Positions 30,409-37,610 of a stretch of 37,940 bases of DNA are shown here, piece by piece. Made by a program: the position numbers and the translations under genes. Positions within the stretch are counted from its first letter, which is position 1. Each line of letters starts with the position of its first letter. The stretch covers positions 1-37,940 of the forward strand of contig JAYZQJ010000243.1 of the NCBI GenBank assembly GCA_036149055.1, in the 5' to 3' direction. The stretch comes from Myxococcota bacterium (GTDB taxonomy: Bacteria > Myxococcota_A > Polyangia > Polyangiales > Sandaracinaceae). The notes beneath the pieces were generated by a model. It was not told where the DNA came from. It saw nothing but the letters and a program-made list of their open reading frames with translations, and searched no databases.

Positions 30409-31313
30409 GCGAGCGCCGCTTCGACCCCTTCACCGGCCGCTCGATCGTGCTCGCGCCCGGCCGCCGCGGCCTCGGAGCCGCCAAGCCCGGAGGCCTGCCC
30501 GCGCCCGCGGGCCGCTGCCCCTTCTGCCCCGGCCACGAGGCGGACACCGAGGAGACGCTCGCCCGCTGGCCGGAGCGCGGGCCGTGGAGGGTGCGCGTCG
30601 TCCGCAACAAGTACCCGCTCGCGTCGCTGCCCGGCGGCGACCACGAGGTCGGCATCGACGACGCCGCCCACGACACCGACCTCGACGACCTCGCCCCCGA
30701 CCACGCGCTGGCCCTCTGGCGCGTCTACCGTGATCGGATCGCGGCGCTGTCGACCCGTCACCGCGAGGTGCTCTTCTTCCGCAACCGCGGCCGACGCGCC
30801 GGCAGCAGCCAGCCGCACCCGCACTCGCAGGTGGTCGCCATCGACTGGGAGCCGGCCGACCTCGCGATCCGCCGCGAGCGTGCCCGCGCCCACGAGCGCG
30901 AGCGCGGCGTCCCGCTCCACGCCGCGGAGCTCGAGCGGGAGCGCGCCTCCGCCCGCGTGCTCTGGGACGACGACGCCCTCCTCACCCACTGCCCGTTCGC
31001 GCCCACCCGCCCCTACGAGGTCCGCTTCGTCCCCACCGCGCCGCGCGGCCGCTTCGCCGACGCGACCGACGCCGAGCTCGAGGCGCTGTCCCGCCGCGTC
31101 GGCGACGCGGTCCGCCGCCTGAAGGCCGTCGGCGTGCCCGACTACAACCTCATCCTCCGCCAGGTCGACGCCTGGTGGCACCTCGAGCTCCTCCCCCGCA
31201 CCGGCGGCGACGCCGGCTTCGAGCTCAGCACCGGCGACATGATCGTGGTCGTCCCCCCCGAGGACGCCGCCCGCGCGCTTCGAGGGGTCAGCCCTGCGGC
31301 GCGCCGAAGTTGA
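30405..31313 (+). CDS. GalT-like (HIT superfamily) nucleotidyltransferase, 302 aa
   Basis: R.DP.TG, CPFCPG.E, VRVV.NKYP, N.G..AG.S..HPHSQ, AGFEL.TG..I..V.PE.AA..L; ATGA overlap with the synthetase. Confidence 0.85.
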   Translation: MSERRFDPFTGRSIVLAPGRRGLGAAKPGGLPAPAGRCPFCPGHEADTEETLARWPERGPWRVRVVRNKYPLASLPGGDHEVGIDDAAHDTDLDDLAPDHALALWRVYRDRIAALSTRHREVLFFRNRGRRAGSSQPHPHSQVVAIDWEPADLAIRRERARAHERERGVPLHAAELERERASARVLWDDDALLTHCPFAPTRPYEVRFVPTAPRGRFADATDAELEALSRRVGDAVRRLKAVGVPDYNLILRQVDAWWHLELLPRTGGDAGFELSTGDMIVVVPPEDAARALRGVSPAARRS

Positions 31314-31719
31314 TCATCCAGTGCACACCGAAGCGGTCGGTGACCTGGCCGTGGTAGTCGCCCCAGAACTGATCCTCGATCGGCATCGTGATCTCGCCCC
31401 CGTCGGCCGAGAGCGCCGTCATCAGGCGGTCCGCCTCCGCGCGGCTGTCCGGGTTGATCATGAGGTGCACGTTGTTGCCCGCCTGGTGATCGGGCCCCAT
31501 CCCCGGCACCGTATCGCTGGCCATCATCTGCAGCCCGCCCGGGACCTGCAGCCCCACGTGCAGCACGAGCTGCTGCTGCGCCTCGGTGAGATCCGCCGCC
31601 CCGGGAGGCAGGTCGCTGTACCGCATGATCGGCGTCAGCTCGCCCCCGAGAACCTTCGCGTAGAACCGGAACGCCGCCTCCGCCTCGCCGGCGAAGTTCA
31701 GATACGGATGCATGTTCAT
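31288..31719 (-). CDS. VOC/PhnB (glyoxalase-like) family protein
   Basis: PYLNF.G.AEAAF.FY..V.GG, MASD, LS.DGG.I.MP..DQFWG...G.VTDRFGV.WM; GGAGAGGG SD. Confidence 0.9.
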   Translation of the reverse strand: MNMHPYLNFAGEAEAAFRFYAKVLGGELTPIMRYSDLPPGAADLTEAQQQLVLHVGLQVPGGLQMMASDTVPGMGPDHQAGNNVHLMINPDSRAEADRLMTALSADGGEITMPIEDQFWGDYHGQVTDRFGVHWMINFGAPQG

Positions 31720-31796
31720 CGTGCCCTCTCCTTCGCCGGCGAACGTATCGGCTCCCGAGCGCGACCACAACGCCGGCGCCGTGCTACACCAGACAC

Positions 31797-32915
31797 GTGA
31801 ACCTAGTTTCCGCAGACCGCAACGCTCGCTCGCGGCGACTGCCCGCGCGGGCCCTCATGGTGGCGGTGGCGCTCGCCTGCGTCGGCTGTGAAGATCCGGA
31901 CGCGCGAAGTGCGGACGGGGGCTCCGACGGGGAGACGGACGCGACGTCTTCTCCGACGCCGGGCCCCTGCATCCGCCCGCGGTACCTGGACGACGAGTTC
32001 GGCCCCGTCCCACGGAGGCTGCCGCGGCTCGACCCGTCGACCATCGAGCGCGGGGAGGACGCCTCCATCACGGGGGTCCTGAGCCTGCGCGAGGACCGCT
32101 CCACCGAGAGAAACTACTGGCTCGGCGACGACGAGCCGGGCGTCGAGGTCAGGGCCGACTTCGTCCTCGGCGCGGAGCCCTCGGGCGAGAGCGAAGCCAG
32201 GCTGACGGTCTACGTGAACGGCCGCCCGGTCGAGGTCGAGTCGGAGGGCGTCCCCGTCACTCACGTGGACGTACGGACCGTGGACGGAAGGGCGGGCGCC
32301 GACCTCCTCTTACCCCGGGACCTGTTCGTCTCTGGCGGCAGCACGGTGCACCTCCTCGCGTTCTGGGAGTACACCGACCATCCGTCGTACGCCCCCCTCG
32401 TCACGTCCGTCGCGTTCCTCGTGTACCGCGAGTCCGAGCTGCCCCTCGAGACCTTCGAGGCCGACCGGACGACTCGCTCCGGTGACACGAGCGACCGTCG
32501 GGCGGGGCTGCCGCACCACGCCTCTTACATCTGGGTGAACGAGCCGACGCACCAGGATCGGACCCCCGCGGCCGATGTCCCGATCATGGTCAGGATGCAG
32601 CCCAATCCGGGGTTGGAGACCTGCCGGCCGTACACCGAGGTCCAGTCACTGATCGTGCTGGCCAACGGCCTGCCTCTCGACGGCTGGGCCCCGGGAGACG
32701 CGGGGTCGTCGTACGTGGTCGCGCACGAAACGGCGAGCGGCGCGGTCGACGTCGAGGTTCGCATCCCCGAGCGCATCCTCGAAGCCGAACGGACCGCCTT
32801 GAACTTCATGGTGCTCGGCGGCATCGGCGCGCCGCTCCAGAACACCGTACACAGCGGCACGCCCTACCTGGGTATCGACGTGGTGCTGGGCGGGACCGGT
32901 TGGCTGAATCCGTAA
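31797..32915 (+). CDS. Uncharacterised lipoprotein (paralog of 24152-25264)
   Basis: Lipobox ACVGC; shared motifs listed in findings; slightly atypical codon usage. Confidence 0.72.
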   Translation: MNLVSADRNARSRRLPARALMVAVALACVGCEDPDARSADGGSDGETDATSSPTPGPCIRPRYLDDEFGPVPRRLPRLDPSTIERGEDASITGVLSLREDRSTERNYWLGDDEPGVEVRADFVLGAEPSGESEARLTVYVNGRPVEVESEGVPVTHVDVRTVDGRAGADLLLPRDLFVSGGSTVHLLAFWEYTDHPSYAPLVTSVAFLVYRESELPLETFEADRTTRSGDTSDRRAGLPHHASYIWVNEPTHQDRTPAADVPIMVRMQPNPGLETCRPYTEVQSLIVLANGLPLDGWAPGDAGSSYVVAHETASGAVDVEVRIPERILEAERTALNFMVLGGIGAPLQNTVHSGTPYLGIDVVLGGTGWLNP

Positions 32916-32942
32916 TGACCGAGGGTCCAGATCCCGGGAGGC

Positions 32943-33013
32943 GGGGACGGAGTTCACTTGTGAACTTACGTATCGATTATACCTACGTGAGTTAACAAGT
33001 TCACTCCGTCCCC
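32943..33013. repeat. 71-bp imperfect palindrome with 30-bp arms and an AT-rich core
   Basis: GGGGACGGAGTTCACTTGTGAACTTACGTA-tcgattatacc-TACGTGAGTTAACAAGTTCACTCCGTCCCC; 26 of 30 positions Watson-Crick paired plus one G-T. Confidence 0.9.
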
Positions 33014-33050
33014 CGGTCCTCGTTCGGAGAGGTCGCGCCTCCGCGCGAGG

Positions 33051-33893
33051 TCAGGACTGGCCGAGGACCGGGAGCGCGCGGGCGTGGCGGGGGGCGTCTT
33101 CGCGGGGCGAGGGATCGGGGCGGAGCGAGGCGGGGCGCTGGGCCCACCAGGCGGCGACCTCGGGGTCGAGGAGGTGGCTGGCGCGCACGTTGGCGAGCGC
33201 GTTGAACATCACGCTGCGCACGTTGGGGATCTGCGCCTCGAGCGTCTCGAGGAGCTCCGCCATCTTGTCGCGCTTCAGGCCCGGCTGGGAGCCGCAGAGG
33301 TTGCACGGCAGGATCGGGAAGGCCTGCGCCTCGGCGTAGGTCCGGATGCGGTCCTCCTCGCACTCGATGAGCGGCCGGATCACGTCGAAGCGGTCGCAGT
33401 TGGTGCGGTACGACGGCGGCATCGCCTGGAGCTTGCCGCTGTAGAGGAGGTTCATCAGGAAGGTCTCGAGCGCGTCGTCGCGATGGTGGCCGAGCGCGAT
33501 CTTGTTGCACTCCAGGCGCTCCGCCGCCGAGTACAGGATGCCCCGCCGGAGGCGCGAGCAGAGCGAGCAGTAGGTCGCGCCCGGCTGCAGCTTGTCGGTC
33601 ACGACCGAGTAGGTGTCCTCGCGGATCACCTCCCAGCGGCCGCCGCGCTGCTGGAGCCAGTCGACCAGCGGCGCGCCGTCGTAGCCCGGCTGCACCTGGT
33701 CGAGGTGCACCGCGACCAGCTCCACCGAGAAGGGCAGCCGCTGGGCCAGCCGGTCGAGCAGAGTCAGCATCGTGTAGCTGTCCTTGCCGCCGCTGATCGC
33801 GACCATGATCCGGTCGCCGTCCTCGAGGAGCTCGAACTTCTCGCAGGTGCGCTTGAGCTGCCGGTACAGCTTCCGCTCGTTCGGATCCGACAT
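33051..33893 (-). CDS. ttcA: tRNA 2-thiocytidine(32) synthetase
   Basis: PP-loop SGGKDS, EDTYSVV, CSLCSRLRRG.LY, GHHRDD, IRPL, PCNLCGSQ. Confidence 0.95.
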   Translation of the reverse strand: MSDPNERKLYRQLKRTCEKFELLEDGDRIMVAISGGKDSYTMLTLLDRLAQRLPFSVELVAVHLDQVQPGYDGAPLVDWLQQRGGRWEVIREDTYSVVTDKLQPGATYCSLCSRLRRGILYSAAERLECNKIALGHHRDDALETFLMNLLYSGKLQAMPPSYRTNCDRFDVIRPLIECEEDRIRTYAEAQAFPILPCNLCGSQPGLKRDKMAELLETLEAQIPNVRSVMFNALANVRASHLLDPEVAAWWAQRPASLRPDPSPREDAPRHARALPVLGQS

Positions 33894-33897
33894 CAGG

Positions 33898-35079
33898 TCA
33901 GAAGCGGTACGTCGCTTCGAGGCCGACGTCGAGCGAGATGATGGTCCGGCCCGGGATGAACCAGAACGTCGGCGTGAGCAGATCGGCGCCGATCTCCCAC
34001 TGGGGGCTGAGCGCGAGGTTCAGGCCCGCGGCCAGGCGGATGACCGGGCCGTTGAAAGGCAGGTAGCCGACCGCGCCCCGGAGCGGGATGGTCAGGTCCA
34101 GGTCGTTCGAGAGCACGATGCGGTTCTCGAACTGGAGCATGAAGAGCAGGTTGTCGGCCCGGCCGTCCCGCCCGTTGAGGTTGGCGTAGGCGACGTAGGC
34201 GCCGAGCAGGATCGTGCGCGTGATGCGGAAGTCGAGGCGCGCGCCGACGAGGTGGTTGTAGAAGAACTCCTGCGAGGCGCCGAACGCGGCCTCGGTCTGG
34301 AGGGTCAGCGACCAGCGGCGCAGCTCGGCCTCGGGCTCCTCGGGCGTCTCGGGCTCGGGCTCCCGCTGGGGCTCCGGCTCGGGCTCCGGCTCGCCGGCGG
34401 CGGCGCGATCGACGGCCTGCGCGCCGGAGACGTTCCAGGCGCTCGGCGGCGGGAGGGCCTGGCGGAGGAGGCGCTCGACCACCGCCCGCAGGTCGTCCGC
34501 GCCGGCGGTCCCCCGGGCGAAGAACGGGCCCGCCCCGTCCAGGCTGGCCACGCTGATCTCGACCACGTACTGCCCGGCGTGCGCCCAGATCCGCGCGAAG
34601 GCGCCGCGGTGCACCCGGGCCACCCACGAGACGCGCCAGAGATCGGCGGGCGTCGGCGGGTACGGCATGCGCAGCTGCTGGGCCGCGGAGACGGTCTCCT
34701 CGGCGGTCAGCACCCGGTAGCCCATCGCCTGCGCGGTCTCCCGCATGGTCGCGCTCGCCACCCGGCCGACCAGCGGGTCGATGCCGAAGGTGGCCGCGTC
34801 GACGACGAGCATGCGCATGCGCTCCTCGCCTTCGGCCGGCGGGGGCGCGGTCTCGGAGGGCACCGTTTCGGACGGCGCGGTCTCGGGAGGCGCGGTCTCG
34901 GGCGCGACCGGATCGGCGAACTCGTCGAAGCCGTCCTCCGCGGGCTCGCCGGGCGGCGGCGTCTCGGGCTCGTCGAGCGCCTCGAAGGCCTCGTCGTCCG
35001 CGAACTCGTCCGGGACCTGCGCGAACGCCACCGCGGGCAGGGCCCACGCGAGCGCGATCGAGAGCGCGAAGCGAGACAC
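33898..35079 (-). CDS. Exported protein: acidic/Pro-rich N-terminus, alpha/beta domain, EP linker and C-terminal outer-membrane beta-barrel-like domain
   Basis: Signal peptide ending AFA-Q (GTG 35079); alternating beta strands ending LDVGLEATYRF; stop 4 nt upstream of the ttcA start. Confidence 0.78.
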   Translation of the reverse strand: MSRFALSIALAWALPAVAFAQVPDEFADDEAFEALDEPETPPPGEPAEDGFDEFADPVAPETAPPETAPSETVPSETAPPPAEGEERMRMLVVDAATFGIDPLVGRVASATMRETAQAMGYRVLTAEETVSAAQQLRMPYPPTPADLWRVSWVARVHRGAFARIWAHAGQYVVEISVASLDGAGPFFARGTAGADDLRAVVERLLRQALPPPSAWNVSGAQAVDRAAAGEPEPEPEPQREPEPETPEEPEAELRRWSLTLQTEAAFGASQEFFYNHLVGARLDFRITRTILLGAYVAYANLNGRDGRADNLLFMLQFENRIVLSNDLDLTIPLRGAVGYLPFNGPVIRLAAGLNLALSPQWEIGADLLTPTFWFIPGRTIISLDVGLEATYRF

Positions 35080-35130
35080 GGCCGGAGGATAGCAGCGTGA
35101 GCGGGACCTTCCCATTACGCTCTCCGCGCC

Positions 35131-36279
35131 GTGCGCCTCGCCTGCCTCGCCCTCCTGCTCGTCGCCTGCGCCGATCCACCGGAGCCGCGCCCGCCCGCCC
35201 GCGCGCCCGAGCCGGCGCCCGCCGCGCCCACGCTCGAAGCCCCCACGCTCGAAGACGACGCGCCGCCGACCGCGAGCTGGCCGAGCGACGTCGAGGACCT
35301 GCGCGCGTCGGTCGACGCGTTCACCACCGTCGAGGCCTGCCTCGCCGGGCTGCGCGCCGACACCCCGACCGCGGTCGCCGAGGCGGTCGCCGACCTCGCC
35401 TACGACGGCTTCTTCGACGACGTCTGCGCGAGCCTCGCCGCGGTGAAGGCCGGCGACGCGGAGGCCTGCGACGCGGTGGGCCCCTCGACCGCGCAGGCCG
35501 GCTGCCGACGGCGACTCGCGCTCCTGCACGGCCGGCCCGAGGCGTGCCCGGAGGACCGGGTGGTCGGCGGCCGCGAGCCGGTGTGCGTGGCCTGGGCGAG
35601 CCGGGACCCGTCGCTCTGCCGGGCGGCCGGCGTCGACGAGGCCCGGTGTCGCGCGGTGCTGAGCGGCGACGAGGGCCGCTGCGCGCGCCTCCGCGGCGGC
35701 GATCGAGGGCGGTGCGAGGCGGCGCTCGGGCGCTACGCGAGCGCGCTGGGGGACGAGCGGCGGCGGAGCGAGGCGGCGGAGGCCGAGCCGACGTTCACCC
35801 TCGAGGTCGAGGAGGACGGGCAGGAGCCGGTGCGCCTGGAGCGCGACGTGATCGACCGCGGGGTGGTGCTCGAGCCGCGCGCCTGTCGGTGGACGGTGCG
35901 GCTCGCGCGAGCGATGGGCGAGCTCCCGGTGCCGCTCTCGCCGGGCGCGTTCACGCCCACGTTCTTCCTCGAGCTGTCGGTGCCGCCGGGCGAGGAGCGG
36001 CCGGTGCGCCTGCCCCTGAACGCCAGCGACGCGGTGCTCTCGCTCGCCCTGCCTCGGCACGGCGGGCTGACCTCGGTGAGCGGCGCGGAGGGCGCGCTGA
36101 CCCTGGAGCGCTTCGAGACGCGGCGCGGCGGCGCCATCGAGGGCGCGCTGACCGGGACGCTGAGGCGGGGCGAGGCGACCCTGCGGGTGACGGGGCGGGT
36201 GTCCACGTTCGTGCGCGATCTCGACCCGATGCCGGCGCGGTGCACGGAATCGGCTGCGGGCGAGGCGTCGGGCGGGTAG
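35131..36279 (+). CDS. Cys-rich lipoprotein with helical Cys repeats and a C-terminal beta domain
   Basis: Lipobox LLVAC; regularly spaced Cys (D...C.......RC.A); high GC3. Confidence 0.75.
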   Translation: MRLACLALLLVACADPPEPRPPARAPEPAPAAPTLEAPTLEDDAPPTASWPSDVEDLRASVDAFTTVEACLAGLRADTPTAVAEAVADLAYDGFFDDVCASLAAVKAGDAEACDAVGPSTAQAGCRRRLALLHGRPEACPEDRVVGGREPVCVAWASRDPSLCRAAGVDEARCRAVLSGDEGRCARLRGGDRGRCEAALGRYASALGDERRRSEAAEAEPTFTLEVEEDGQEPVRLERDVIDRGVVLEPRACRWTVRLARAMGELPVPLSPGAFTPTFFLELSVPPGEERPVRLPLNASDAVLSLALPRHGGLTSVSGAEGALTLERFETRRGGAIEGALTGTLRRGEATLRVTGRVSTFVRDLDPMPARCTESAAGEASGG

Positions 36280-36288
36280 AGTCGCCGC

Positions 36289-37311
36289 ATGCGCGCGCTG
36301 CCGCTCCTGCTCCTCCTCGCCTTCGCGGCGCCGGCCGCGGCACAGGAGATCGGGCCCCAGGCGTGCGGCCAGGAGGCCTCGAGCGCGGACTACGGTGAGG
36401 TGCGCGTGGGGGCCGAGGTGGTCCCGCAGCGTCACCGCTTCGTCGGCGGCGACCCCAACTGGGACGGCCGCATGGGGCGCTACCTCGGCATGCCGGGGCG
36501 GGTCACCCGGCTCAGCGGGGTGGACGACCAGGGCTGCCCCGGGGTGCGGATCGACGTCGACGGAGGGCGCTGGTTCTGGCGCCTGCGCGACCTGAACGTC
36601 GGCGTGGCGCGGCCCGGCGCGGAGCTGCCCGAGCGCGAGGCGTCTCCGATCCCGCAGCAGTGCGGCCGGACCGACGCGACGGTGGAGTACGGACCGCTGC
36701 AGCTCGGCACGGTCGTGGTCCTCGGCCGGCACCGCCCGATCGGCGGCGACGACAACTGGACGCCGCAGATGACCGCCTTCGTGGGGCGCACGGCGCGAGT
36801 GGTGGAGCTCGCGGGGACCGACGACACCGGCTGCGCGGGCGTGCACGTCGACGTGGACGGCCGGCAATGGTTCTGGCGCATCCGCGACCTCTCGCTCTCG
36901 GACGACGAGGGCGGCGCGGTGGCCTATCGCCCCGGCATGGCGAGCGATCACGGCCGCCCGATCGCGCCCGAGGAGCCGCCCGACGCGCGCGTGCCGCAGC
37001 AGTGCGGCATGACCGACGAGACCGCGGACTTCGGCCCGGTCACGGTCGGCAGCGAGGTCGTCGTCGGCCGTCACCGCAGCGTGATGGGCGAGGCGAACTG
37101 GGTGGAGGAGATGGAGGCCTTCGTGGGCCGCACCGCGCGCGTCACCGAGCTGGTCGGCGTCGACGAGCAGGGCTGCGCGCTGGTCCACGTGGACGCGGAC
37201 AACGGCGAGTGGTTCTGGCGCCTCCGCGACATGCGCCTCCCCGAGGAGAGCCCCGCTCCGCCGACGCCGAGCGAGCCCGAGACGCCCGCGCCCACCCCTG
37301 GCACACCGTGA
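36289..37311 (+). CDS. Secreted protein with three tandem ~95-aa repeats (SH3/KOW-like)
   Basis: Signal peptide; 3x PQ.CG.......G....G..VV..RHR...G..NW...M....G...RV..L.G.D..GC..V.VD.D...WFWR.RD. Confidence 0.85.
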   Translation: MRALPLLLLLAFAAPAAAQEIGPQACGQEASSADYGEVRVGAEVVPQRHRFVGGDPNWDGRMGRYLGMPGRVTRLSGVDDQGCPGVRIDVDGGRWFWRLRDLNVGVARPGAELPEREASPIPQQCGRTDATVEYGPLQLGTVVVLGRHRPIGGDDNWTPQMTAFVGRTARVVELAGTDDTGCAGVHVDVDGRQWFWRIRDLSLSDDEGGAVAYRPGMASDHGRPIAPEEPPDARVPQQCGMTDETADFGPVTVGSEVVVGRHRSVMGEANWVEEMEAFVGRTARVTELVGVDEQGCALVHVDADNGEWFWRLRDMRLPEESPAPPTPSEPETPAPTPGTP

Positions 37312-37345
37312 CACGGGCGGAGAGACGGCGGCCCCCGATCAACGG

Positions 37346-37362
37346 CTGGCACGCCGCCTGCT
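37346..37362 (+). promoter_or_regulatory. Sigma54 (-24/-12) promoter
   Basis: CTGGCACG-CCGC-CTGCT against consensus YTGGCACG-N4-TTGCW; correct GG-N10-GC spacing; intergenic. Confidence 0.75.
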
Positions 37363-37370
37363 CGGTGAAT

Positions 37371-37462
37371 GGCTGTTCCACATCCATCCATTCACACATC
37401 CTCCATCAGATGCGCAGCCCCCCGAGTCGGCCCATCCACCCGACTCGGGGGGCGTTTCTGTT
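37371..37462 (+). ncRNA. Candidate ~90-nt sigma54-dependent small RNA
   Basis: Bounded by the sigma54 promoter and an intrinsic terminator; C/A-rich body with repeated CATCC; no SD-led ORF inside. Confidence 0.55.
37417..37462 (+). terminator. Intrinsic terminator
   Basis: Perfect 14-bp stem GCCCCCCGAGTCGG / CCGACTCGGGGGGC, 9-nt loop CCCATCCAC, followed by GTTTCTGTT. Confidence 0.8.
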
Positions 37463-37494
37463 GGGGGCAATGGCCACCGGCCATGCCCCCAACC

Positions 37495-37527
37495 GCGTGC
37501 CCCTGCCCGTGCCCGTGCCCGTGCCCG
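37495..37527. repeat. Hexamer repeat (CGTGCC)n
   Basis: cgtgcccctgcccgtgcccgtgcccgtgcccg. Confidence 0.85.
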
Positions 37528-37550
37528 CGAGCAGACGTAGAGCTCGAAGC

Positions 37551-37610
37551 GAGACCGGCAGCGGCAGCGTGACCGGCAGCGGCAGCGTGACCGGCAGCGG
37601 CAGCGAGACC
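37551..37610. repeat. 18-mer tandem repeat x3 (GACCGGCAGCGGCAGCG[T/A]), related to the left-edge repeat
   Basis: Read directly; ends exactly at the IS3 inverted repeat. Confidence 0.9.

Noticed and set aside
32943..33013. Palindrome as a dif site, integron attC site or Tn3 end
   Set aside because: No 11-6-11 Xer layout with a TTATGTTAAAT-like arm; no RYYYAAC...GTTRRRY boundaries; GGGG start and AACTCACGT recall Tn3 IRs but are out of register, and there is no 5-bp duplication.
37371..37440. CsrB/RsmZ-like RNA on the minus strand (several GGA motifs)
   Set aside because: Promoter and U-tract both point to the plus strand, and most GGAs are not in hairpin loops; kept only as an alternative reading.
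37369..37572. 67-aa ORF MAVPHPSIH...CPCPCPCP
   Set aside because: No SD, starts upstream of the predicted sigma54 +1, runs through a terminator, and the CP run is only the hexamer repeat.
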